DNA of 64,000 nucleotides from positions 404,281 through 468,280 of the forward strand of contig NW_003314380.1 of NCBI RefSeq assembly GCF_000143415.4, given 5' to 3'. A program made the translations under genes and the position numbers. Shown here piece by piece: positions 26,800 through 38,811 of this stretch. The notes beneath the pieces are model-generated. The model did no database searches. It was not told where the DNA came from and was given only the letters and a program-made list of their open reading frames with translations. The number at the start of each line of letters is the position of its first letter. Position 1 is the first letter of the stretch. The stretch comes from Selaginella moellendorffii. Lineage: Eukaryota; Plantae; Lycopodiophyta.

Positions 26800-29124
26800 T
26801 GTCAGGAATCCCCCAATTCTTGCCACATTCCTAACTCTCACCAAATTCCTGACCCACAGACCACATTCTAACTCTCGAAACACAATCACATTCCTGACTC
26901 TTAAGACACTTCCGTATTTCTGACTCTCTGATTTCCTGTATGATCCTGATTCTCGGACCACATTCCTGATGATGATGTGGCACCTCCTCGACCTTAGTTA
27001 TATTTAGGCCGTCCTCGATCCAAGAGTGCTGGAGCTTCATCAACCTATAGTATATGTAGGTTAGCCTTGTTCCATTTCTCCACAATCTGAATCAACACTA
27101 GTCTAAGGCCTTTTTTTTGTCTCCACTAGTTTTTCTCTTTATCTTTTGCATTTTCCAATCCTAATCTTATTGGGGGTCTTGACAGTTTGATTCAAATTGT
27201 GCTTTCTATTTTTGCTTTAGCTCATTTTGATTGTTTGATTGCATTTGCCTTTTTGCCCCTTTTCTTTCTTCTTTGCTGATGGAGTCTCCAAGCCATCTTG
27301 ATTTCTTTTCTGAAGTCCTTGCAAAAATCCAGTCTAAGAATACCGAGCTGAAGGCGGCCCTTCTTCACATGCAACAGAAGCTTGCTTCACTTTTGGCTCA
27401 AGGATCAAGCAAAGTTCCTGAACCGAAGATGAGTTTCCTAGCGAAGTTCTCAGGCAAGCGTTCAGAGCTTTGCGGATTCCTGAACCAGATGGAGCTGATC
27501 TTCGCACTTCAACATCGGCGGTACCCCACTCTTGAGTCTCAAATCAGCACGATCAGGATATTGCTCAAAGGTGTAGCTTTGTCATGGTTTTCTCCTCTCT
27601 TGGAGAAGAGCATGAAAGGGGTCATGGTTCTGGAGTTAATGGATCTTCAGTTGTTCAAAAAGGATTTTGAAGCAAGTTTTGGTGAGATAGATCGGGTTTG
27701 GGCTGCCACCACAAAGATGAGACATCTCTCTTAGGGGTCTCATCCTACCTCAATCTATGTTGTGGAGTTCCAACTCCTTGCCTTGGATACTCAATGGGAT
27801 GAGTGGGCCTTGATTGATTAATTTCATTTTGGCCTCAACAACATTGTTAAGGATTTGTTGCTCACCATAGAGGATCCCACAGACCTGTCAGACGCCATCA
27901 ACAAAGCTATTCGATGCGACAATCATCTCTTTGAACGTTATCAGGAAAGTCACCATGCCACTGTTTTCCCGTCCCAGACTTAGGAATCCCAGCTTGAGTC
28001 TTCAGGGCATACTCCTAAACCTATTACTCTAGTCCTGATGGATATTTTTGGTACTCCCTGACTCATCAGAGGGAAGCTGAGTCCTGCTGAGAAGCAAAGT
28101 CGAGTATCTCAAAATCTTTGCCTCTACTGTGCTAATCCTAATCACAAAGCAGCTGTGTGTCCCAAGAAGCCTCCCTGACTGCTCGAGTTCACTCTGCCTC
28201 AAGGTCCACCTCTATTGCAGTTGGGAAACGACCCTGTCCAAATAGAGTAGGAGCTGTCTATTTGAACTCCCCGAATAAAAACAACTTTTCTTCTTTATCA
28301 AACTCTTCACCACCTTTCATCAAAGCCACCACCAATTCCCACAACTTTCACATCCTATATCTCCTTTCTTTAACCAAAAAATCAGGACCCAAAGCTCTGG
28401 TGCTACTGGACTCGGGTGCAACTTCTTGCTTCATGGACACGAACTTTGTTGCCCGACATCATGTTCCTCTTTCTTCTACCATACAAGATCTTAGGGTTGA
28501 AGGCATTGGCGGGCAATTTGTGTCTCCATCTTCTGGATTTAGGGAAACGTTGCCCGTTCAAGTACATATTGGGTCCACCGTCACCGATATCGCCTTTAAC
28601 ATCATCAACAACAAGTCTTCCTCTGTGGTGTTCGGCCTTCCTTGGTTCCAACTGCACCAGCCTCAGATCTATTGGAAGGAATTATAGCTCGTTTCTCCCA
28701 CATCAGCATCTCCCATGTCTTCCCCTGTTGTTCATCGAGTCTGAATCAGGAAAAGTTCCCTAAACTCAAATTGAGGTTTTGTTCCTAACTCTACAAAGTT
28801 TTCACCCTCTTATTTTCCCTCTTTTCCATCTTACATTGAACAGTATCCTTGTCCCATCATTCCATTCAGTCATACACCTCCTCCTATTTCCACAATCACT
28901 ATGAAAGAACTCCTTCATAAAAAACCTATTTTCCTTTTTGCTTTGCATGTTTTTCTTGTCAGTCTTCTTGAGAAGTATCATGATTTTGGGGATGTGTTTG
29001 ACAAGAAAAAAGCTAGTGTACTACCTATTCATCAGCCTTATGACTGTCCTATTGATTTACAGGAAGGAGCATCACCTCCGTGGGGGCCTATCTATATGTT
29101 ATCCCCGTCCGAGTTTAAGGCCCT

Positions 29125-29318
29125 TGTAAGCAACCAAAGGGAATGATTCGAGAGACAGTCTATGGGGTTCAAATATAGAGGGAAAGGGCCCATGAACAAG
29201 AGTCCACCCCCTTTTCTAATCGGTTAAGGGTCTTGGGATATTTAGGGTTAAGCGTCCTTGGGTTTGAATAGTACTGGGCTGGGTGACCTCCCGGGAAGTC
29301 CAAACTTAAGAGCTTACA
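29125..29318 (+). mobile_element. Cassandra-type solo LTR with a 5S rRNA-like segment (29247-29301)
   Basis: TGTAAGC...GCTTACA; TSD gccct/accct; removing it restores pol [12 protein letters not shown]. gttaagcgtccttggg...tagtactgggctgggtgacctcccgggaagtcc resembles the plant 5S A/IE/C box region. Confidence 0.88.
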
Positions 29319-31674
29319 ACCCTCAAAAGAGTACATGGACGAGAACCTTGCATCGGGGTACATTTAGCATTTGCAATCCCCGGCAGAAGCAGAAGCATGG
29401 GAGTTTGCAGCTAGTCATCGACTACTGAGGTTTGAACAAGATGACTGTTCGGAACCATTATCTTTGGAACGCCTCGGTGGTGCCGCTTCTTCACCAAGAT
29501 TGACCTCTGTGGAGCATACAACCTGATCTAGATCCGGCCTAGCAATGAATGGAAGACTACATTCTGAACCCGCTATGGCCACTTCAAGTACACTGTTATG
29601 CCCTTTGGCTTGACAAATGCTCCAGCAATTTTCCAACACATGGCAAATGACATCTTTCGAGAGTTTCTTGATGTGATGGTAATTGTCTACCTCGATGACA
29701 TCCTCATCTTTGAGAATAGTCTTGACTTTGGCAAGATCCATCGTGATACCCTCAGGAGTGACAATGTACCCATCAAACGTTCAAGTTTTCCTTGGCTTCG
29801 CCAATTTCTACCGCAAATTCATTGATCGCTACTCCGACATTGTCCTTCCTCTCACACATCTCACTCACAAGGATGTTCCTTTCTCTTGATTTGCTGCTGC
29901 CCAGCAGGCCTTCGACACACTCAATGCGGCCTTCAGTTCTGCTCCCGTCTTGATCCATATTGATCCCTCACAACCTTTCTTTATCGAGGCAGACGCCTCC
30001 GACTTTGCCATCAGTGCTGTCACACTGTCTCAACTCGGAGCAGATCAGGAATTTTATCTAGTCGCTTTCCATTCGTGGAAATTCCAGCCTGCGGAGATTA
30101 ATTATGAAATCCACGACAAGGAGCTCTTTGCCATCGTGGATTCCTTTGGAAAGTGGCGTCGTTTCTTGGAGGGGGCAAGCCATCAAACAACGGTCTAGAC
30201 AAATCACAAAAATCTGGAGTACTTTGCCACTTCCCGAGTTTTGAGCCGTCGTCAGGCAAGGTGGGCACAATTCCTGAGTTAGTTTGACTTTGTTATCAAG
30301 TACAAACCTAGAAAGCTTCAGGGCCTTCCTGATTCTCTTTCAAGGCACTCGTATCTCAGTCTCAGGCCTGGTAATCCTACTTTCGATCAACAGGATCAAG
30401 TTATCCTCGGTCTTGATCAACTTCAAGTTATGGCAATTTCCCTGGCCCCTCAGGACTCCTCCTTGATGGATGCGATCAGAAATGATCTTCAATCTGACAA
30501 CCTCGCCAGCGACATTTTCCCCCATCTTTAGGCTGGACATCCAGTGACTCCCAATTGCCGGTGATTTGACGAGTTTGAGTTCTTAGATGGCTTGTTGTAC
30601 CATGGGGAGCAGCTTTACATTCCTGAAGGTGATGCTCGAAGGTTGGTCCTGATGGCATGCCATGATAGCCCAACTGCTAGTCACTTCAGCATTGCGAAAA
30701 CCTATAAGCTGGTTGCACGGGACTTTTGGTGGCCTCACATGGACGATTATATCAAAGCTTTTGTTACCTCTTGTAACACTTGTGCCCGGAATAAAGTACC
30801 TTGCCACCTTCCTTTAGGTTTGCTTCGTTCCCTCCCAGTCCCTTCAGGTCCTTGGGAATCCATCTCAATGGATTTCTTAAGTGATCTTCCGAGTTTTGGA
30901 GGCTTCAACAGCATTTTAGTCGTAGTGGATCGCTTCACAAAGATGGCGCACTTCCTGCCATGTACTAAGGAGTTTTCGGGCAAGGACATGGCAAAACTGG
31001 TATTCAAGGAAATTATCCGACTTCATGGGATTCTTGCAGATGTAGTTTCAAATCAGGGACCTCAGTTCATCTCTCATTTCTGGCAACGGTTCCTCTTCAG
31101 CGTATCATCCTCAAACTGATGGACAGTCCGAGTGAATGATTCAAACATTGGAACAATTCCTGAGGTGTTTCATCAACTATCATCAGGATGACTGGTTCGA
31201 TATCCTTCCCCTTGCTGAGTTCTCCTATAACAACTCCATTCACTCCTCCCTTCGAGTTTCCCCCTTCTTTGCAAACTCTAGCTGAAATCCCCGATTTAAT
31301 CTCTCACTTCCTTCTCCATTCGAATCCTCTCCTTCAAATCCCTGCTTTGAGGCATTTATCTCTAACCTCCAGGAAATCCACAACTCCATCTCCTTCCACC
31401 TTCATCGTGCTCAGGAATTTCACAAAACATTCACCAATGTCCATTGTCAGGATTGTCCCTCTTACAATATCGGGGATAAAGTCTGGCTTCTTAGGCCACC
31501 ACCAAGCTATGTCTTAAACTCGATTTCAAACGCCTTGGTCTTTTCCCTATCACTACCATCATTAATCCTGTCATTTATCGCCTTGCACTTCCCTCCTTAT
31601 ATCAAATTCACCCTATTTTTCACTCCTCTCTCCTTGAGCCTTATATTCCCAGTCTTATTCCAAATCGGGTCATT

Positions 31675-32408
31675 TGTAGCGCATTTTATCTCTCTCCACT
31701 TAAGCCAACTGGAAAAGAGGCAATTGCTTGATGAGAGAGCCCTTAGTGGCTATTTTAACCCCATTTATCCCCCAAGGTTCCAAGGATTCACGGTGACAAT
31801 ATATTTAAATCTCATCCCATGATCACATGCACTACACTCACCCCCCCTTCAGAGATGTCAATGTCCTCATTGACTATTGACTAGCAACCCCTACTGAGCC
31901 AAGGGGAACCAGCACCTCCATTTCTACACTAAATCTACCAATCCTTCCATTGTGTAGACTAACTATTCCATGTGAGGCAAATAGTCATCCACCCGTACCA
32001 CAGTCCCTCGATGGATACCTTCGTCTGTGGATACTCTACACAATAGGAAGGACATACGCATGGATGCCCAATATGTACGATTTCAAATTTAGGGGTAGGA
32101 ATATACCTTGCTCAAGGGTATATTATATTTTTAAGTAGCCACTAATCAATGGGAATCGAACCCGTGCAATTTGCTCCGATACCAACTATAACGCACCTTA
32201 TATCCCCTTAAGCCAACTTGAAAAGAAATTGCTTGATAAGAGAGCCCTCGATCGATTCTTCAAACTTTGTTTGATTCTTCGTTGTCATCTCTATCTTCAT
32301 CCTTGTTTGTCCTGCCTGTGGTTATTTTATCCCTATTTATCCCCCAAAATTCCAAGGATCCACAGTGACAGTATATCCAAATCTCATCCCATGATCACAT
32401 GCGCTACA
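31675..32408 (-). mobile_element. Non-autonomous TRIM nested in the chromovirus
   Basis: LTRs 31675-31836 and 32187-32408; perfect TSD tcatt; tRNA-Met PBS TGGTATCGGAGC (minus strand, 32173-32184); PPT 31837-31850; empty site in the mirror copy (~59676-59681). Confidence 0.9.
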
Positions 32409-33459
32409 TCATTCCTCCGCCTCCACTAGTGCAACTCGAGGATGGGTCTGAATACAAGGTTCAGGACATCCTTGATTCCAAGATCTCACAGTCTAAACTC
32501 TACTATTTAGTAGACTAAAAGGGTTACGGATCTAAGGAATGCACTTGGGAACCTGCAGACCACTTAATTCATTCTCTTGACCTTGTTCATGACTTCCACT
32601 ACCGCTATCTTTCTCATTCTAGTCCTCATTCTTTTCATTCCCCATCTCTCGTCCCTCGACACCCATCTCATCCTCCTCTTCATTCTCATTCACATCCTCG
32701 TTCCACTCGTTCTTGAGGAGGGGGTGCTGTCAGGAATCCCCCAATTCTTGCCACATTCCTGACTCTCGCCAGATTCCTGACCCATGGACCACATTCCTGA
32801 CTCTCGAGACACTTCTCTATTCTTGACTCTCTGATTTCCTGTATAATTCTTGATTCTCGGACCACATTCCTAATGATGACGTGGCACCTCCTCGACTTAT
32901 GTTATATTTAGGCCGTCCTTGATCCAAGAGTGGTGGAGCTTCATCAACTTATAGTATATATAAGTTAGCCTTGTTTCATTTCTCCACAATCTAAATCAAC
33001 AACAATCTAAGGCCTTTTTTTCATCTCCACTAACTTTTCTCTTTGTCTTTTGCATTTTCCAATCCTTATCTTGTTAGGGGTCTTGACAAAATTCTTGAGC
33101 ATGTCAAATGCTTGTTAGCAATCTTGAGTCCAATTGTACACGTGATTTTTCTTCAAAAGATCTGCAAGGGGTTTTGCAATCTTCATATAATCTTTGATGA
33201 ACTGTCAATGATATTTCATTTTGCCAAGGAAGGATCGTAGTCCGGTGACTAAAGCACTATTATATAAGTATGGACTATCTTTTTAAGTTGGAGGCATTAG
33301 TGATGTGAGTAGTGCTTGCTTTCCTTAAGGATATCCTAGTACTCCCTCACCTTGTCTGTGCCATAATTCTCTACCTCAAAAGTGCACTTAGCTCAGAAAA
33401 GTGAAATCATTTATAAAGAGACTAGCTAAACTGCTGCGTAATCTTGTGTTATTGTGAAA

Positions 33460-33640
33460 GTTCTTGCTTCTTCCTCATGTTATTTACTTTAATCAGTCTT
33501 CAATCTATTCTCAGGCTTTATGATTCCCATATTCTTGTCTTGCTTGCTCACAACACTTTGTGTTTTTCCTGCAGAGGATTCCAAAGTGTTGGATCTGGTA
33601 CTATTGGATCTGTCTGGCCTGATCATGTCCTAGTATGGAA
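33460..33640 (+). pseudogene. Eroded fragment of PDR 3' exons; mirror at ~59014-59195 (-)
   Basis: Similar to 6090-6390 ([10 protein letters not shown], [13 protein letters not shown]). Confidence 0.65.
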
Positions 33641-34665
33641 ACCGTCTATGTGTAAAAGTTTTTGATATTTTCTTTGGAAAAACAAAAGAGTTTGAAACTT
33701 TTGTGTTTTTTGGGATAAAGTTTCATACTTATATTAGAGAGAGTCCCAACACTTATTAAAGTCTTCAACTAAAATTATAATATTGAATGCATTTCAATAC
33801 AAAATTAAGCAAGATATTTAATTATTGATCTTTTTCTATAAACAATGCTGGGTATAAACCCATTTAAAATATTTCATAATTTCTTTATATTGTAGGTTAT
33901 GCTTGATTTAAAGGATTTTTTTTAAGTTAATAATATTTTTGTTTTATTTCTAATCTAGATGTAATATAATATAAATAAGGAAGTAAACTAAATATTAGAG
34001 TAACTTAAAAATTAGCGTTTCTTACATCATTATTCATTATATAGCTGTCTCTTGGTCTAGCTGATGTAGCATTCTAATTTCAGTACTATAAGCTTATGAT
34101 AATAATATTAAATAAATTTTCTCTAAATTATAAGAAAATATGTCTCTGATATATATTTTTTTCAATTATAGTTAATCACTTGGATCCCTTGGAAATGATG
34201 AACTTGAAAAGATTACATAATGGCTAGTTGTAATATAGAGGGCACAAAATCCAGCCGTCTAAGATTGATGGCCTGGTGGTTAAACACGAAAGAACTTAAG
34301 AGAGTTAAATATTGTTCTAGCTATTTAAAAATTAGAAACTAGTGGGGACACCATTCCTTGCCATTTGTCCTGGTGTGCAACAGCTAGCAATTAACACTAA
34401 TATTCAATGGTATGCAAATGCCTCAATTTAAACAAATGCCGAGCCTCATTAGTTGTTATTCTTAGCATTCAAGTATGTTAAGAAATATATTAGAATATAC
34501 ATTGTGATATATTTTAGATAGCACAAAAGAAATTTAGGAGTAGTATATTTTAAATAGCACAACAAATTATTTAAAAAGAGGAGTAGTACTCAATGGAATT
34601 TAACAATTGGTTCCTCAAGGTATGGAAGAAACTAGAAACCTAGACAGATAAAATTGATGGATCAA

Positions 34666-34696
<31 letters not shown>

Positions 34697-36235
34697 TCAT
34701 TTGTTTCTTTCTTTCTATGATTTTGCAGAGTCGTCAAAAAAGGTACTTGGCATTGGCTTTGAGGTTCCCATAGGCAAACTCATTCACTCTGTACCACAAC
34801 AGAACTTGCAAGGGTGAGCTTTTAAGTGTTCTGAAGCTACTCTCTCTTGTTTTGACTTCCAGGTTCCGTGGATTCGAAAGGCCTGTAGGAAAACGTTTCA
34901 CAAAGGTGCGGATATTCTCTCTACAAAAATCAACAATCCCGCCATTTTCTTCATCGCATCTCCCGAGAATTGGGATAGCTCTCCATCTTCCACTTGATCT
35001 CTGCCCACTTGAGATGAGATGCATGGATCCTACAAGAAGCCAGCCGTGGACACCACGCTGTTGCATCTCCCGAGCTATTTTGTTCAAGATGTGTGGTATA
35101 CCGGCGTGAACTATAAATTGCAGTGCAGGATCACATTCTAACTGATTTAATGCTAGAAGCAGCTATGATATCTGACAACTCCAAAATGTTGAGCCTTCGC
35201 AACTTCCAATATGCTTTGTGGAAGGTCCCGATGGTAAGTTTGAGTTTTATTATTCTCGCAAGAAATTAACCAGCTAGGAAACCCAGAGCAGTTATTAAAG
35301 AAATACGTTCCATTTCTTTGTGAGGAGTGTCAGCAATCGCAACTAACACTGATACTCTTGAATTTTTTTTATCTGTGCATAATTTAGGTTGATTATGTTT
35401 CTCAGTTCGGTGCTGACCAGTATCTACGTCTGGGGAAACTTCTTGTATTGTGTAGGATCATCTCGTTCTTGGACTCCAACATAATAAAATTCCATCGAGA
35501 AGAAATACTAATCTTCTCTATTGCAGGTTCGTGATAGTATTTATCTTATTTTGCATACTTCCGATGCTGTTTCTTTTCTGTTGGAAAGCTCAGTGTTTTA
35601 CTTGTTGTCACTAACACTAATACCAGATAGCACTACGCCTGAACATCCTAGCATGGTTTATTTCTGAAACTTCTATTTCGGACGAGAAGCAGTTACTGTT
35701 GGCCGTGGTTGGCTGCATTGTAGCTCTTGCAAGCACTTTGAAGGTAAATCTTGATTTCATAATTTAAACCAGTCTTAAATCTTTGTTTGTAGTCTGTGCC
35801 ATGCGGTGCTTTAAAGAAATCAAGCAGGAAGGTCAAGTCTTGAAGATTTCTGTGCTTTTGCGAGCCATACATGACAATTCCAAGAACTTCGTAAACAACA
35901 GGAGGTTTTTGTCATCCTTTCTTCATACTAGTCTGCTCAGCGAATGAGAGCAAGACAATTAGAACATGTGGTACGTTTCATTAAGTTGCACCTCCGCCAA
36001 CAATTTCAATCTTTCTAAGAACTTCAGACATCTCCCACCTTGCTTTGTTGGTTCGATCCAGCTGGAAATTATTGACTTGCCAGAAGGAAAGAAAGCAGAA
36101 AAGAATTCCTTGATATGTTTCGTTACATGTATACTTCTTTTCTTTCTGGCATGTCACCAGTTTTCTATGTTGGATCAAATCAATAGAGCAAGGCGGCTGT
36201 ATGAAAGATTGAGACCCTCTGCATTAGCTATTGCA

Positions 36236-37365
36236 TCAACAACCCACAGATGTATGGCTAAGGGAGGGATGGAAATGAGTGGGATGACCATAACCTAAAC
36301 GAGACGCAGACAAGGTGGCTTTGACAACCTCTTGGTCATCTCGTCTGTGCTCAAGCAAAGTATCCATGAAATCCGTTGTGGGATCGGATTTGTTGGCTTT
36401 GTGTTCGTCGATGATCTTCTGGCTTTGTGTTCTTCTGGCTTTGTGTTCGTCGATGATCACGCTATCTTTGAAGCAAGCAGGCGCTTCGTCAGCGACCAGC
36501 TGCGCCAGCAGAGCAATGTGACTATCTTCTGCTGGCCCATAGAATGAAGCAATGGAGACTCGAGTTCGCTCCGAGTTGACAACTGCTCGGTGCTCCACAC
36601 TCTTGTACGCATCATTGGAAAGAATCTGAATAACACACAATCAAAACCTGGAAATCTCATGCATGCACGACTATGACGATCGAAAGAAAGCTTACCTGAA
36701 GTTGATCTCCAATGTTGACAACAAAGGCGCCAGGCAGAGGTTTGATCGGCACCCACGCTCCACAGTGTACAATCTGGAGGCCATCTTTCACCCTGGTGTC
36801 CTGCTGGAGTATAGTGAAACCGTTTGGATCCGCGTGAGCGTCCAGTCCGATTGTAAGCTCCGGCTCCGGACAAGGTGGATAGTAGTTCATCCTCATCGCA
36901 TGCCTCTCTCCTCCAAAAGCTTCCTCCAGAGCACCACTTTCCAGTCCCAGTGACTCCGAGAACAATCCAAGCACTCTTTTCGCGGCGACGAACGAGACGT
37001 GGGTGGGGCGGACGACTGAATCGCTGGCGAGGGCGAGGAAGAGATGAATCGCTTGCGCGCTCTGGCCGTTTGCGCAGAGCGTCGAGATCACGATGTTACA
37101 GGAGAAGGCGTTCTTGTGGACGAGATCGTGGAAGACGGACCATGCGTCCGGGAGGCTGGAGCACTTGCCATACATGAGGATGAGGAGATTGCTGAACAAG
37201 GGGTGGTGGCGTAGGTCGAGGGTGGCGGCCAGGCGGCGGTGCAAGAGCTTCCCTCGCGGGAGGGAGTTGGAATCACCACATTGGCGCAGAAGAGTCGCGA
37301 TTTGGCGTGGAGATGCCTGCAGGAGGCACCGCGATCACTCCTCTTGCTACTTCGCTGGATGTCAT
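36236..37365 (-). pseudogene. Chimeric PPR::2OGD::P450-filler pseudogene
   Basis: The PPR 5' end is fused in frame to the 2OGD C-terminal half at GCG (36981-36983). The 2OGD tail is replaced by filler 36314-36458. An 11-bp deletion near 37307 shifts the PPR start out of frame. Confidence 0.85.
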
Positions 37366-37797
37366 GGCAAAGACACACTCTCTCTCTCTCTCTCCATGAT
37401 CCTGTGAAGAGCTTCATATGGATCATCACATTTTTTGTCAATAGCTTCACATAGGCACTAAACAACAGACATAAAGGAACTCAGAAGCAATCAGTCTTCT
37501 AAGCATCTTATCCTCCGGCATCAAATGTTGGATCAGTGATGTCCTTTTTGAAGTCTCGCTTGTTGTTTGAGGTGGGCACGTGCTCCTATGGGGGTGTTGC
37601 AAAGCTGTGGGCTCTCAATGTAAAGGGGATTTCCTTGGCAAAAGAGCTTGAAATTTTGGTGTGCTGTTTTTCTTGTTTTACCATTTTGTTTTACATGAGA
37701 CATGTAGGAAATCCTGAGCTCAAAAGTTCACTAAGATTCATTTGCATAAACTACACTTTGGCAGAAAAATTATAACATTTATTACAAAATACAATAA

Positions 37798-38385
37798 TCA
37801 GTTAAAAACAACCCATTCATCATCGAATGGATCTAGGACGTACAATTTGCCTTGCTTCTCCACACATTGTCCAATATTCCAGCAATGGGTAACTTTGGTA
37901 AAATCCACACACTTTGACAGCACAAGAAGGAACGGGGTTACATCTGCCAAGAAGTGGTCATCCTTTGACCCCTCAAACTTTGGAGCCACCACCACGCTCT
38001 CTTGATGACCTTGGTAGAAGTCAACAATGTCATCCAGTGCCACCACCCGCTTGAAATCCCGAAACCCTACATGGTCAAGATTCTTGACTTTCGTCCCGTC
38101 CTTTAGAACAACGCAATTGCCACCATGTAGCCTCCTTGACACAAGCCCCCCAGTAGGATCCAGATGGTCAACCACAAGGTTGACATACTTCTCCTGGGCG
38201 GCACTAAACACCACGATATCGTACACTTTTGAAACCTTCCCCAGAAATTCATCTACGCCTGGTCTCTTCATGATGTGGAGTGGTGCATCATCGTCGAATT
38301 CCATGCTGAAATCTACAGAAGAGACGAGATCCTTATGAGCGTATACCAGTGTATTGTCTAGATCGAGAATGAGTGTCTTCTTCAT
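37798..38385 (-). CDS. SCP/FCP1-like small CTD phosphatase (NIF/HAD), intronless, 195 aa
   Basis: KKTLILDLDNTLV (DxDxT), KRPGVDEFL, IVVFSAA..Y, VKNL, VVALDD; uninterrupted ORF. Confidence 0.88.
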   Translation of the reverse strand: MKKTLILDLDNTLVYAHKDLVSSVDFSMEFDDDAPLHIMKRPGVDEFLGKVSKVYDIVVFSAAQEKYVNLVVDHLDPTGGLVSRRLHGGNCVVLKDGTKVKNLDHVGFRDFKRVVALDDIVDFYQGHQESVVVAPKFEGSKDDHFLADVTPFLLVLSKCVDFTKVTHCWNIGQCVEKQGKLYVLDPFDDEWVVFN

Positions 38386-38811
38386 GATACCCTAAAAAAT
38401 GACTCGTATTCCGTGGAAATGTAGAAGGGCCACAAAAGGTGACCAAAGGTGCCACGTCTGCCCTAAACTCTATCCGACGTGGCCTTTTTGTATTCTTGTA
38501 CCCTACTATTGGCAAAGCCCAAGGGAGCCGGAGGAGCGCGTCGATCCTCAATGCAGCTTAGATTCCAAATCTAGGGCTGCCGTGATCGTCTGGCAAGGGC
38601 AGAGGTGAGTGCGCTGCTGGTTTGCGGCCTACTGTTGGCGAGGCGGAAGGAGGTGAGCATGCAATTGTAACAAGTTTGTTGTGAATCCATTGACGGACAG
38701 CTGATGTGCGCATTCTAGGCTCCAGCCGTTGGATAAGTGCAGTAACGACTCCTCAATCTCTTTTGTGCTTTCAGCAACGACTCACAATGTTAACACTGAC
38801 CAGAGTCCACC

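Larger units (their letters stand above)
26800..33088 (+). mobile_element. Ty3/gypsy chromovirus (Tcn1/Tf1-like), full length but degenerate
   Basis: LTRs 26800-27184 and 32728-33088 (TGTCA...TGACA); TSD gaatt/aaatt; PPT 32715-32725; gag, protease LLDSGA, RT YLDD, RNase H ADASD, integrase HHCC/ISMDF, chromodomain EYKVQDILDS..TWEP. Confidence 0.95.

Noticed and set aside
26812-26970. CRISPR-like spaced repeats (CCACATTCCTGACTCTC)
   Set aside because: Tandem subrepeats of LTR U3 in a eukaryotic context, with no unique spacers or cas genes.
29247-29301. 5S rRNA gene
   Set aside because: Only ~55 nt of 5S-like sequence, embedded in a TG...CA LTR with a TSD.
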